Shown here: positions 30,736 through 44,969 of the stretch, one piece after another
Layout of the letters: each line of letters starts with the position of its first letter
How positions within the stretch are numbered: position 1 is the first letter of the stretch
DNA from: Lepidodermella squamata
Lineage: Eukaryota; Animalia; Gastrotricha
Length of the DNA: 64,000 nucleotides
Direction: 5' to 3'
Assembly (NCBI GenBank): GCA_047495785.1
Contig: JBLDXI010000031.1
Span: forward strand, 1,116,001-1,180,000
Notes under the pieces: generated by a model
Told to the model about the DNA's origin: nothing
Seen by the model: only the letters and a program-made list of their open reading frames with translations
Databases searched by the model: none
Program-made: the position numbers and the translations under genes

Positions 30736-32553
30736 ATGACTGCTCTCCGAAATAATGACCTCCAGAAAGTTGGAGAGCCTTACTCTCCAATAACTGGTCG
30801 TCATCAGATGATCATGAACCAGCAACATATTGATCACGGACAATGTAGCAGCTCTAACCTCAGCCGAAGTTCAGCAATATCTGTTTGTTCGAGTGGCAAT
30901 TTATCTTCCTCCGCTATTGGCAGCTCAAAATGCATGATAACCGTCGTTCTACCAGGCTGTAACAAGAAACAGAATACAATCGAACTTGTTGTTGATTTGA
31001 AATCTCGTCTTGATAATGTTCTGAGCCAGGTATAACGGTGTCTACTACAGTTTGGTTTTAGCTTATTATGTTTCCCTCGATAGGTTGCCGTTCTGGTGGG
31101 TCTCGTGGACGTTGAATTTTTTGGCCTGGCGCTGAAAACCTCCATACCCGACGATGAATTCCGGTATTTAGAGCTGGATACGAAAATGCAGAATGTTATT
31201 CCGCGGGAAATTCTGAAAGGGATGCGCCGTTCGACATCCGGATTCTTTCGCAAACAGCCTCCGTCTCATTTCAGTGATCAAAGTGCAGTAACTCTTTACT
31301 TGAGAGTCGTTTGTTACGTCGACAACCCAGCATTAATTCGTGATTGCGTTGCTCTACAACTGTACTTCGATCAATTGCGAGAAAACGCGTTGGAGTACGG
31401 TCAGTTGATCGTGCCAGAGTCTTGTTTCACACTAGCGGCATTAGCACTGCAAGCTGATCAACAACCGCTGCCCTATTCTTCGTATTTTGACTCGAAATCC
31501 CAAACCCCCGAGGAGATAACCCCAACTAACCCGAATCAACCAATTCCTACCGACTTACTCGGTCTGTACGTGCCAGATTGGGTGTTGAAAGACCAGGGCG
31601 TCTCGTTTTGCTCGCTGCAATTACCTCGCCTTCAACAGGAGTTGAGCGAGATGTCGCGAATAGAAGCCCAGCTAATGTATTGCCGTTACGCGTCACAACG
31701 CCCGTTTCACCACAACATTCACATGTACGGAATAAAGCGTAAAAAGATCGACTCCTACCACACTTTATGGCTCGGCATTGGCTTTCGAGGTTTGGATATA
31801 TTTGAAGACGTGGAAGGTCGTTTCAAGAAGCTGATTGGCACGTTTGACTGGGCCTCCATCGCCAAGATTCAAACGAATGGTAAATGCATCGATATGCGAG
31901 TCGTTGGTGGCAAGCATAAGTACACATACTGGGCGGATAGCGAGGAACGTGCGTGCAATATTTTGAGACTAATCCGCCTCGCTCATCAGCTGCAGCTTCA
32001 ACTGTCGAGAACTACAGATTCTCGGTTGCAAAGTGAGTTATTTATCAAGGAAATGGGCATCTTTTTCATGATTTTGACGTTTATAGTTACTCCAGCCTTC
32101 CGCCAGGACTTTCCTACTTTGAGAAAGGTGCTTCAAGTCCCGCCTCAAGAGAATACCTCTTCAATAAGCGCTGTGCGAAATATAGTGAAGGAACGATCGG
32201 AGCCCGGTGCCTCGTCGAGTTCCTCCGGCTGGTCGACGTCAGTTATCGCCCAGAAACCCAGCCATCCTAAAACAGAACCTAGTCCCCGTCGTTATAAAAA
32301 CCTCGAACAGTCGGAAAATGTTGGAAATTTCGACAATCCGGCGTTTTCAGACTCGCCCCTCGTGCAACCAAAGGTGAAATTCGCGACAGATTCGCCGTCG
32401 TTGGTCAGCAAAAGCAAATCACTCGATGCTTTGAGCTATCAAAATCGAGTGCTTAACGGGTTGCCAACAAGCAGCCCTCAACAACAGCAACGGCTCGGTG
32501 CAAGTTCTGAAACGCATCTGTACAGCTCTTCTATTGTTCCAGTCAGATTATAA
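30736..32553 (+). CDS. FERM-domain protein (FRMD6/Expanded-like)
   Basis: Intron 31031-31083 joins VL.QVAVLVGLVDVEFFGLA, then LYLRVVCYV, LYFDQLREN, LAALALQAD and LWLGIGFRGLDIF FERM motifs. Confidence 0.85.
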
Positions 32554-33247
32554 ACACGAGTCCTTTTCCTACGCTTCTTCTCTTATTGCCTCTGAATTTT
32601 AACTTTTATTGGAATTTCACTGAGATCAGAATTACCAGAGAAGAAAGTTTGAGAAAATCTTCCTTTAAATTGAAAAATAGCCATTAAAACGATAATTTCC
32701 ATAGGTGATTCAAGGGACATTTCTATCTAACTTTCTATCTGGTTGAAATTTTGATCTCCGTGAGACTTTTTTCAGTATTAAACGGCGTATCTAATAATCA
32801 CAATAATATTATTTATTCTCAATACTATAATTTCAATTATTCTTTGAAATCTCACGCTATCTCTCATTTTATCATTTTCGGTATTTCAATTGTATAGTCT
32901 CGCTTCCAATTTCTCATTCATTCGCTCTCAAGGTTGTTAGATCTATAATTCAATATTATTATAATCATGACCCGGCGGCTTCGCTATGCAAATACGCAGG
33001 ACCAAATTTTATTTCATTGTTAGTGAACGAAAATATTCGAATAATTAAGCCCGGCTCAGTTCACTTCACAGTAATAAGACGAAACTTTCAGTCAATAGTA
33101 ACCAATGCGATAATTCACGATTTTTTTTTCGGGTCATTGTTGTTTTTTCTAAACTTGTTGGTGAAAGAGTAAATACATAAAACTGACAGATTTTTAATAA
33201 TTTCAACGTTTTTTTCTAATTTTAGTGATTTTTTTTGCGATTAAAAA

Positions 33248-36200
33248 ATGGCTTATCGAGGTCAGTTTCAAGGCCGTGGTGGTCGTGCCCGTGGCGGAAA
33301 ACCAGGTCAGGGCCGGCAGCAGGGCCCGCCTCCGATGCCGAATTTCCAGAAAAACCGCGGTGGTGGTTTTAAAAATTACCGCGGCAACAAAAACCAATTT
33401 AAATGGTCCGCCTCGAATTTGAGCACCGGCGGCCGCCTCGGCGTTGTCGATGAAGACGGCGATGTTGTGCTGGGCGATCAGGAAATTTCAACCGTCGGCG
33501 GTCAAGGCTCGGGCCAAGCTTCGGGATTCGGCGAGGGGCGAGATTCGCGAATGGGATTTCACGGCAATCGTCGGGGCGGTAATCGGGGCGGTTTGGGCAA
33601 TCGAAATACGCTAAATAGGCTCGGATTGCCTGTTGATACAAGTCGACCTTTTTGGTTTAAGGTAAGGAATAACTTATTTATTATCGAATGGTTTTATCCA
33701 AATCGTTATCGATTAATTTTTCGGGTTGGAAATTGAAAAATTTGTATCAACATTGATTTTTTGCCTTTGATATCTCCAAAGCTTCGATTATTTACAAATA
33801 ATTCCTAGTAATTATTCGACATTTTAGTTTTAATAATTCGAAATTGTTAAAAATTGAAATCACTAAATTTCAGAACTTCACCTTTGATTGATTTTATTCT
33901 TAATTTTCTTGGTAAATTTTATTAGGTGATGCTGCCATTTTGTGCTCGACTAACTGAAGCCTACTTGTTGCAACTGCTTCGCCAGCACGCTGGCCAAGAT
34001 TTTACACCGTTAAATTTTAAAACCGAGGGCAAACAAGCTGTTTTCTTCGTCCGAACGAAAGACGAAGCGGAAGCGCTGCGCCGATCATCTGGCAATATCA
34101 CTCTGGACGATGGTTATAAAGTTAAAATTCACATCGCCCAACAACTGGCGCCTGATGTTGAAACGCTGACGCAAGATCAGTTGAATCTGCTGAAAGAAGT
34201 GATGTCCTCCCGATTTGACATCAATGTGAAGGCCCTGGATTTGTCTGATTTCGGAAACGATGACCGATTCAAAGCTGGCGGGATTGTGCTGAATTTAAGC
34301 CGGCCAGCGATCATGAAAGAAATTGGAAAAGTGATAACGGAACACATTCCTGAAGTTCAGGCGATTAATCTGTCGAAAAATCGACTCGATTCATTGGCTG
34401 TTTTTGGCTCGATAACTCCGGTCACCACTCAGCTGATCAAACTCGACCTCTCCTTCAATAAAGTAATTTTTCGTTTTTTTTCAAACTGTTTCAAATTTTT
34501 TACATTTATCACTTTGCTAAATTCCACCCAATTTTTTGTTTATTTCCGATTAATTTTTTGTTTTATAGCTTGGAGAAATGGCAGATCTGAATCCTGTTTT
34601 GGCGTTGCGGCTGATCGATTTGAACGTGGCCAACAATCCATTCATGCAGCACTTCAAAAACGAGCACGAAGTCACCAAGTCGGGATTTGTTTCAGTCAAC
34701 TACGACTACAACTACTACACTACGATTTTACCACTAGATGCACTCAGCTATAGCATATTCTTCTGATTTCGGAAAAATTCGATAGAAATTGGCCAGAATC
34801 GGACTCGTTTTGTAGCTGCTCAAAATTCAAAGCCTCTTCCTCTTATTCAACTTGATCCATTTCTAATCTTGATATTTGGTGCAAACTTATTCTATTTATT
34901 TACCTTAATTTTTCCATTTTGCTATTTTTTGTAAACGTCAAAATTACAGGAACATTAATTTTTCGGAATAATTTTGATTTTAAGGTGGAAAATTTGCTTG
35001 GTCAATTTTTGCCGGATCTATTGAGTAGTCGTGCGTTTCTCGCAACGCCTGTTGTTTATGTGTTCGAGGACAGTGTTTGGCACCACGAATTCGTTAAAAA
35101 AATACATGTTTTCGGTATCGGGGTTCGGTGCTTTCGGGCTCGGCCTCGTGTGGTGATCCATCGCGTTCTCGTGCTCGAGACACCGTCGGCTCTGTTTCAG
35201 ACCACGGCTGTTTTTGAGCAGTTCTTTCTATGTTTGTCCATCAGAAACGGGCTTAGCTTGATTCAATCGATTTGCTCGCTGTGATTTGGTGAATTTTTTT
35301 CAAGCAAATTTTCCTAAAATTGACATTTGCCGATGAGTTGTTGTTGAGAAAATTTCGGAAAAATATGAATAATGGGGGTAGAGTCCTGGAATTTTGCGTT
35401 AATTCTCCATCTTCCTGGCGAAAAAAGATCGGGTAAAGGCGCTACGATAAAATATGCCGATAAAAGATTCGATACCTGGGCAAAATGCTAATGTCAAGTA
35501 AACAATTCGACTGCCTAACATGGTCTTATCCTACGATATCAATCGATATTCTGCTATCAAATGGAACTTCAAAACGGAATAATGAATGCGCCTTTTGGTC
35601 AATAATGGACGAAAGAAAAAACCGATCTTGAATGTTACCGAAAATAGCGAATAGCCATCGAAGCAAAAAAAAATGGAAATCGATCAATCTATAAAATGGA
35701 AAGTCCTAATTTCCAACGTTGACCTTCAATTCGAGAAATGCTATCTTCATCCAAGTCTGGAAAAATGTCGAAAAACTGCCCCAATACGGCTGCTTTAAAA
35801 AATATGAAAAAATGAAAGATCTTACGAAAAATGCTCACTTTTCAATTGATTCTTGTCTTTTTTTTAGCTTGAAAATATCTAAAAATAATTGATCAATATT
35901 TTTTTATTACCTTTATTCTCAACTTTACTGTGTACATCTTGAAGAGGTTTTGAATTCCGCTCTAAACTCGTAACCACGTAATTGTCTTTTTTTGAGACAC
36001 GTTTCATGGCCATTTTCTACGTTGCTCAATTTTTTAAACTAAAATTGTATTTGAAATTCTCCATATTTTGTGATATCACGTCTTTCAAGGTGCGTTTTGT
36101 GAATTTTTGTACGAAACACGCGTTTTGCTTTTCAGGTTGATCCGGCGCAAATTCCCGCATTTGAGAAAATTGGTATTTTAAATATTTCGAATTTTGAAAA

Positions 36201-37387
36201 AATATTAATTTTACCTATTGATTTACAGAATGACAAAGATTTACCACCGGAAATTGGCTTCGAAGTCGAAGACGTGCCACTACCCACCCTGCAAAAGTTT
36301 TCAACCGTCCACCCCGAGGCGTCAACTGTTGTTATTCGATTCCTGGAGGCGTTCTACAATTTTTTCGACACGGCTGATCGACAACCCCTACTCGATGCTT
36401 ATGCCGATAAAGCCCTTCTATCAATCAGCGCCGGCTACGCAATGCGAAATTACGGCAATGGCGAGCCGTTGGCCAGATGGCTGCCAATCAGCCGAAACTG
36501 CGAGAAAATCGACTATAACCGAGCGAAACAGCTGCTGAAACGCGGCAAATTGAATGTGGTCGCGCATTTGACAGAACTGCCTAGAACCCTGCATGACTCT
36601 ACGACTTTTACGATGGATGTGAATTTCGCCTCGGATCAAATTATCGTCTTTTCGCTGACTGGGTTGTTTCGAGAGTGCAGCGATCTGAAGAACCTCGACA
36701 ACGGGCCGATTCGGTATTTCTCACGCACGGGCATTCTTGGCCCGCAAAATAACGGCTGGGTGTTGGCGAATGACATGTGGCAAGTTTCGACGGCCACCCG
36801 CGAGCAGCAGCAGTCGTTTACGAAGCGATCGACGGGTGCGCCGGCGGCTGCTCCGGTGGTCACAGCGGCGCCTATTGTGGCCCCGGCCGCGGTGCCTGTT
36901 GCGGCGGCCGTTGCGCCAGTTGTTGCCGGACCGACTCCGGAGATTAGACAAGCGATGATTGAACAGTTTTCAGCCCAATCTGGCATGAATTTCATCTTCT
37001 CCCAGAGGTTTGTCTACTTTTCAATCCGCCTTAACCTTAATTTTAGATGAAAAATCAAAAAGCATCAAAAAATTATAAGTTCAAGTGGGATTCAATTGGC
37101 CATCTTCTTAGCGAAAATACTTTTTTATTGAGCTCGATAGTAATTACTTATTGAGTTTCCGTAATTTCCAGTCGAAGTTCTCAGCATCTCTGAACACGCC
37201 AAAAAAGTTTTAATTTTAATATCATTTTATCTTTCGATTTCGAAATCTTCTTTGAAAAATATTCTAATTTTTTAAATTTTATTTCAGGTGCTTGGAAGAA
37301 AATTTATGGGACTACATGAAAGCTGGCGAGCGATTTCTAGCGCTGAAAAACGCAAATTCGATCCCACCGGAGGCGTTCGTGAAGTGA
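33248..37387 (+). CDS. NXF1: Nuclear RNA export factor 1 (TAP); RGG N-terminus, RRM, LRR, NTF2-like, UBA
   Basis: WFKV RRM, ALDLS and INLSKNRL LRRs, FLEAFYNFFD...LLDAY and LTELPRTLHD NTF2-like domain, FSAQSGMN..CLEENLWD UBA. Includes exons 34569-34678 and 36136-36172. Confidence 0.95.
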
Positions 37388-37537
37388 AAACTCTTCATCC
37401 ATTCGATTGTGTATAAAAATTGACCATAAAAACCTGTTGAAAAATTGAATAAAAATCGCGTATAAACTATTTGTAGCAAAATCTTGATTCATCTTTTTTA
37501 TTTTAGTTGGTAATTTTATGTGAGGTTGATTGGAAAA

Positions 37538-40500
37538 ATGAGTTACGCCGGTGGAGGAGGCGGGTATAACCCGTACGAAATGAATTCGCGGAATAACAAC
37601 CCTCAGGCGATGCGGACTAACAACGCTGCGAAGCCGTCAGTCTCAAATTCGAATCAACAGCAGCAGCAGCAACAGCAGCCGAATATGGCTAGAAAATCGA
37701 ATGAGCAAGCTCCGAATTTCGGTTCGGGTGCTGGGGGCGGGTGGCTGAGCAACAAACCGCCGGGGGGTGTTTCAGCTTCCTCGAGTGGAATGAGTCTTCC
37801 TGTGACTGGTCAACAAAGCAGTCGGCGATTGAGCTCGGTTTTGCAGGAAGCTGCCGCGTCTCTCCAGCCGAAATTGCCTGTCGGTTCTTCAATGTCACTT
37901 CCTAACCCGGATTCGAGTTTGAAGTCCCCAATGGGTTATCCAGGTAAGTAACTGCCAACCTCACTTTGATTTCTTTCAAATTTTGACGATATAACCAAAA
38001 TTATGGTAAAATTATTAATTACCATTTAACAATGGTGCTGTATTTCTCCAACTTTTTGTATGATTTATCCTGAAAAATTTGATGATGGCTTTTTAGATGG
38101 GTTGAAGGCCCCAACTCCTATTTTTGTTTGATTAAGATTCTTGAACTTCGAAGGATATTTTTGGGAGTATGTCGATAAAATGGTGAAATGGTATTATGGA
38201 TCTTTATTTTCGTCATTAATCAAAAAATAATTCCTGATTCCTGGGTTTTTTTAAGTCCATTTTCTCGTGAAAAAACTTGGAGAGTCACTTCTTTCATAGA
38301 TTGCGGCTTGTTGATCTTTGACCTTCGATTGCCAGCGTATTTCAGGCGAATTTTTTCCTTCACGTACACACGAAAGTCGATGCAATATAAGTCAGTTCGG
38401 GATCACCACGATGTATTTTTATTATAAGTTAATCGCCGAGAGAAAGTTAATCGAGATATTAGCAGTTTACGTTCGCCATCACGGCATTTCCTCGCCTGAT
38501 GGCCTCTGAAAACGCATTGTCTTCAGCGCAGTAGAAATCGGTGTTCGGGTCGAACCCGAAGTTGTTGATAAGAATAAGCACGGTTTCCAGGTTGTATTAT
38601 TTATACAAATATTATTACTTGATTGTCAGAGATGATTGGTAATTGATAATTAACTTCACGATGTTGATAGCTAGGGGCGCGGCGATGAAAATAATTCAAT
38701 TTTATATCAGGAGAAAATAAATCTTCAAGTACTGATGCACAATACCTCGAGACGCGACAAGTAATAATAGTAGTCTGCCACGTTCATTCTGGCACAATCT
38801 AGTTTCTCGCCATCGTTATGCTGGGTCTCGCAGGCATTTTTCTTGCAGGATTGCAATATTGCGTCGACTACACTTGTCCTTCCGTGGACCACCGCGAAAT
38901 GTATTGGGTTTCGCTTTGTGATATTTTCGACGTATATGCTCGTATCGTGCAGGGTCTTGAACGGCTCATCGACACCCAACGTAGCGCACAAACAAAGATA
39001 GTCAGTGCCATCAGAAGACATTTCCCAGGGATAGTCTTTTGCTTCGCCAGAATCTCGCCTGATGGCCTCTGAAAACGCATTGTCTCCAGCGCAGTAGAAA
39101 TCGGTGTTCGAGTCGAAACATTTCCCAGGGATAGTCTTTTGCTTCGCCAGAATCTCGCCTGATGGCCTCTGAAAACGCATTGTCTCCAGCGCAGTAGAAA
39201 TCGGTGTTCGGGTCGAACCCGAAGTTGTTGATAAGAATAAGCACGGTTTCCAGGTTGTATTATTTATACAAATATTATTACTTGATTGTCAGAGATGATT
39301 GGTAATTGATAATTAACTTCACGATGTTGATAGCTAGGGGCGCGGCGATGAAAATAATTCAATTTTATATCAGGAGAAAATAAATCTTCAAGTACTGATG
39401 CACAATACCTCGAGACGCGACAAGTAATAATAGTAGTCTGCCACGTTCATTCTGGCACAATCTAGTTTCTCGCCATCGTTATGCTGGGTCTCGCAGGCAT
39501 TTTTCTTGCAGGATTGCAATATTGCGTCGACTACACTTGTCTTTCCGTGGACCACCGCGAAATGTATTGGGTTTCGCTTTGTGATATTTTCGACGTATAT
39601 GCTCGTATCGGCAGGGTCTTGAACGGCTCATCGACGCCCAACATAGCGCACAAACAAAGATAGTCAGTGCCATCAGAAGACATTTCCCAGGGATAGTCTT
39701 TTGCTTCGCCAGAAGTGTAAAACTCGTATAATATCTCATATTTGTTTTCTACCGGTTTTCTTTCTTTTGAAATTGGGACGTTAATTATAGACTCTTTCGC
39801 TGTGTTATTCAAACTCGATTCGCTAATTTCTCTAATATTCCGTTGATTCATACGAACTTCTGTCGGAATCGTACAATACGTGGCGACTTATCGATGAATG
39901 TATTGCTGGGCTAAAAATGAGGCAATGTGTAGAAAACGGTACGATTCAGTAAGATCGTCAAAGCTGTAATCTCGGGTTGCAAATTCTTTGTGGTAGTAAG
40001 ATTTTGGCATGTTTGCGGGGTCGACTGGTTAAAGAAAAGAACAAAGAAAGCAGGGATGTTTGGATGATGATCTATCAGCATTCAAAAGCTATGCAATGGC
40101 AACCATGATGATTTTGAGATCAAAATAAAATACCTTTATTCATTGTTAAGCGCTGACCAATCACAACACACGACGAGTTTTATGGCAATCTTTCTCGCCA
40201 GTTCATTCCTCATATAGCTAGTTTTCGGTGGGAAAATCGCTATTTTGTTGCTAGCTACTGAAAGTGACAGCCTGTCAGGGTTAAAGCTTGTCGACATCAA
40301 GTCGATTTTGTGCAGATCATAGGCATCGCCAACGTAGGCAATAATATCTCGTTTGGTAATAATGGCACTTCGCGGAAACGTATACTCTTCGTTCAGTAAT
40401 TTCGAAGCCTTCCAAAAGTTATTCAAGAACATTGTATAGAAAATAGATCGAAGAAGCGTTGACAAAATAACACGGAAAAAGTCGGAGTTTAATATTTTAA

Positions 40501-43500
40501 TCGAGTCAAACATTTCTTTTAGTATATTTTACAAAATTTTCGTTCCATCCAAAATCGTTCCAAAATCGAAAAAATCCTTCACTAATTTTTTGGGAATTTA
40601 ATTAATTAATTTTTTTTTAGGTGGTGATATGTTCAAGCCGAGACAACAAGAACCGTCGATACCACCACTCTTCCAGCCCCAGAAACAAGACCCAGAACCG
40701 CTGTACCCACGGCCAGGCATGCCCCAGCAGCAACAACAGCAACAACAGCACCATCAGCAGCAAATGATGCAACAACAACAACAACAACAGCAGCAGCAAC
40801 AAGATATGGATTCATACCAGCGCGGTTACCCCGACGACCGGCGGCCAGCTACCGTTGAATCCGGATACTACAGCAGTGGCCCGGGTATCACCTCACCGCC
40901 GCTATCAGCCGGGCCTTACTCGGCTCAAAACTCTCGCCAGAGTTTTGATTTCAATCAATCGGAGTATCAACGACCGCCGAGCCAGCTGAGCTACGCACCC
41001 AGGGACCCACGGGCGCAAACCGCAGCTCAGAGCGGGCCGAGGGTTCAGGACGCATTCCCGCCGAATGCCGAACTAAACCGCCCTTATCAGCAACAGCAAC
41101 AACCGGGTCAAAATTTCCAGCAGAATGAAAACAGCGCGAATGAGTACGCTCAATACCGAAATCGGCGGGAAATAGCTGGTCGGGACAGCGCGGCCTACCC
41201 GGACTCGGCCCCGGTCGCAACCGCCTCGAATACGGGCCAGTCTTCCGGCGGCGGCGGTTTCACCGACGATTCAGTCATGAACGTGTTGAAAAAAATTGGC
41301 ATTGACGAGGACGTAATGCGTGCGATTAAAAATATTACGGAAAAGAACAAACCAGCCCCACAGCAACAAGCCCCGCCCCCTAAGCAAGATCCGCCGCCGC
41401 AGCCGCCTAAACAAAAACCGAGCCCGAATTCGTTCCACGGCATCGACCTAACGCAGTACCTACCCTCAGCGCGGTCGATGGGCCCGATTGATGTGCAAAA
41501 CATGGCGGTAACCGTGAGTTCGGTCATCTCTAACCTACCGCCCGAGGTTCAGAATGAACTAGCTGCGGATTCGACTATGCTGGAGACGTTTCGTTCGATG
41601 ATTTACGAGAACGTGAAATTGGTAGCTCAGCAGCAGCAACAACAAGCGCCGATGATGGACCAACAGGATATGTCAGGGATGCAGATTGATCGGCAGTTGA
41701 AACGCGAGAGATTGACGGCACTCAAAGCGGATGAAGACCGGTTGTTGATGCAGCAGAGGGATATGATCAAAACTATGACGAAATCGAAGCTGCTGACTGA
41801 ATCGAACCCGTTGCTTATGGCGAATATGGAGCTGTTGAACAGCGTTCAAGCGGCGACTCGCGAGTTGAGCACGGAGATTCGTCTCATGGAGAAGTATTTG
41901 GGGCCGAAGGCGAGCCAGCCGGTTGCGGACGAGTTGTTGAAGCAGGCGAAGGAGCAGCGCAAGGCGATGCGCCAACGGCCGGATACAGCGCTGGGCTACA
42001 AATTTACGGACGCGGGCGAGCACTGGTGCAGGTGTTGTAACGAAATTTTCGACTCGTTGCCGGCGTTTTTCACGCATTTGTACTCGAATCGTCATGTTGA
42101 GGTAATTTCATTGATATTCAGAATGTCAGATTTGCGAATTCATTAGAGGTTTACCACCTTAAAATCATAAACATACTTCAAGATTATGAAGGGAGAAGTA
42201 GGTTATGGCAAATTGTCTGAGAATTTCCTAGAAAATCTCAAAAAGTGTGTTTATTTGGAGAAAACAATTTTCTTCTCAAAAACTTCAGACCTTTAGAATC
42301 CTCCTTAAAAGTCTCATTGCTGGATTAGTTTAACGTGGAAACACTCGCGCGATACCCCAAATCAAACCCAGCATCCAACGTCTATGATCTAGTTGCGATA
42401 GCTGCAGTGGCCTCAGCAATTGTAAGGTCTCGAAATACATATTTTTTTTATGTGGCAAAACGAAACAACGGCGTCGTGTACTCGCTGCCGATAAAACGCT
42501 GAAACAACAAACGGCCTTCATCCTCTCCATTTCGAAACTTGTTGCCGATCTAAAGGCCTGCCATATCGAGCTCGCATCAGTGTGTGCCTCTTTTTGAATC
42601 AAGAACCGGTGTGAAATCACAAGTGCTTTTGCAGGCTTAAGTGTTCATATGTTGCATGAGTCGGTGTAACAACGTTCAGCATCAGTAAATAAATCAAAGG
42701 TAGAATTTTTATTAGATTCCATTAATTCGAAAAGACGTTGTTGTAGATCTTTGAAGCTATTTCCATCTAAGATTTCGGATAGATCCTTCAGCTCGCAGCA
42801 TAGCGCGGGTAGCATGAATTTTGAGTTGAAACGATTGCACTCAGTAACAATATGTTCGCCGTGACGAATTTGGCTTGCTTAGTACTACTTAATTCGCCGA
42901 AAAAATAACTTGAAAATGGAGTAGTATGTAGTTGCAGCGGAGTCAGCATAATTCAGCAAGGCGTCATTAAATGTTGAGATTCCAAATCAACATGATAGGT
43001 TTTAGGCCGCGATTTTTGAGCAAACCGGATCAACCCATTTGCAGAAAATAGCCTCATACCGTATACTTATATTTATTTATACTTTGAGACTAGAACGAAC
43101 ATTAACAGTTTCTTGGGGAGGAAATAGATGTGCCAAACGCGTCGTCGATTTCGGTTTGAAAGTTTTTTGGAAATACATCAGAATTGTAATCAGAATAAAT
43201 CATCAGAATAAATGCGGCAATATGCCGACATCAATTGTCCAACAACGTCGCACGCTTATAGCGATCCACATAGTATTCAATTGGTGAAGTAAAGAAAAAA
43301 AGTATGGCTAAAATACAGAAAAAAGCTAACATAAATGGTTCTGCACAAAAGTCATTGAGCACAATAGCATTGGGCAAAATTCACTCGAAAATGGCGCACA
43401 GATCCTTAACATAGAATCACGGAATGATGGAAAATTCCGAAGTGGTCGATTTGGAGATTGATTTACTGAGGCAGTGAGATTCGTCCAAAATGATTCTTTG

Positions 43501-44969
43501 ATATGAAAAAATCAAGTCTAAATTTCCGAAATATATATTTCAAGGCTGAAAGCACGGGCTAGAAATTTGTGAAATAGTTGGAGTTCTTCAGGAACAGTCA
43601 TATTTGAAAATCTTGAAATTTGATGGTTTATTTTAATTTTGTAGAATTTCGGCCATCATGATTTGCCGCAGTTGAATAAAGAAATCGAAAAGGAGGCAGA
43701 ACGCGAAGCTGCAGCCCTAGCCGCGGCGGTGGCCACCAACCCGAACGCAGCTGCCGAGATGCAGGAGATGCCTGTTCGCGGCGTTGAATTCGTCGTACCA
43801 GTCACGCAGACTTACTACTGCGTGTTGTGCCGGACGTTCGCGAATGGCCAGGAGAACATGGAACGCCACATCAAATCTCAGGCGCACTACTTGAAAACGG
43901 TCGACAGCGAGGAGGACCGGCCGTACTACGGCAAGATTTTCGACCTCGACAAGGCGATCAGTTACTTCGCGAAGAATAAGCAGATGCTGAGAAGTTTTTC
44001 GATTGCCAGGGGCCTGCCTGAGCCAACGGCGAAGCCGGGCGAGTCGAGCCGAGCCAGGTCCAGGTCGCGATCTCGGGGCAGAAATCGAAGCCGCGGCCGT
44101 TCTCGATCGCGGTCTCGCTCTCGATCCCGCCGCGATCGGTCGAGATCTCCGAAACGGTCGTCCAATCGCCGCTCGAGGTCGCGGTCACGGGGACGCCGGT
44201 CGAATTCGCCGCGTCGTTCGAGTAACAGCAACAACCGGCCGAGTGATAAACCGTCGTCGACTTCGGTTGCGAAATCGTCGAATTCTGGCGTAATTCACAT
44301 TCAGTTGCAGAAAGATGGCGGCGGTAACAGCAATGGCAGTAGAGGCCTCAACTCGAAACCGGCCGATGTTTTCAACCAGGGTGACGATTCTGTAAAAATG
44401 GAGTGTGAGTTCGCATAATTTTGACATTCTGATAAAAAATCTCGAAAGTTTCAATATTTTCAAGTTTTAGCACAAAATATTAGAATATCGACCATAATTT
44501 TAAAATGTTACTAAAGCATTCCATAATTTGCCCAACCATTTTCCGAGTTGCTACTTTTTACAGAATTTTTTCAAAATGTAAACCCTCGATGGGTTTACAT
44601 TTTCTATTATCGTGATTTCAGATAAAAAAAAATGAATTTTACCGGAGAAAACTCAGTGGTAACTGATTTGGTAATTATAGGTATTTTACCAAAATTATCC
44701 AGTCTTTTTCCTATCCTGTCGCCAATTTTCATAGCTTATTTCCATTCTGATGGCATTTCTCGCCTGTCATTATTAGACTCTCCGATCCAATTTCCGTGAA
44801 TTGCCAATGGCTGCTTCTTTTATTGAATTGTAATTTTTAGTTGAATTTTTGAATTTTTTCAAATTCTCGATTTTTTTCAGCTCAAAGCACTCAATCGACG
44901 CGCCCAATGCCACCTGCAATCTCGCTCAGTACCGGTCCGTATGAAGTTCTGGAAGAAATCAATCGCTAG
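37538..44969 (+). CDS. Q-rich, matrin-type zinc finger, RS-domain protein (ZNF318-like); exons ~37538-37943, 40621-42101, 43645-44404, 44881-44969
   Basis: DAGEHWCRCCN...FFTHLYSNRH and PVRGVEFVVPV..YYCVLC...HIKSQAH fingers, a coiled coil and RS repeats. Confidence 0.75.
38491..39712 (-). pseudogene. Tandemly duplicated, broken ankyrin-like fragment inside an intron
   Basis: ~663-bp period duplication plus a nested ~100-bp duplication. Translations include NPIHFAVVHGRTSVVDAIL and LILINNFGFDPN; frameshifts present. Confidence 0.55.

Noticed and set aside
34919-35284. 121-aa ORF within the NXF1 intron
   Set aside because: Non-ATG start and no homology recognised; more likely part of an RNA element.
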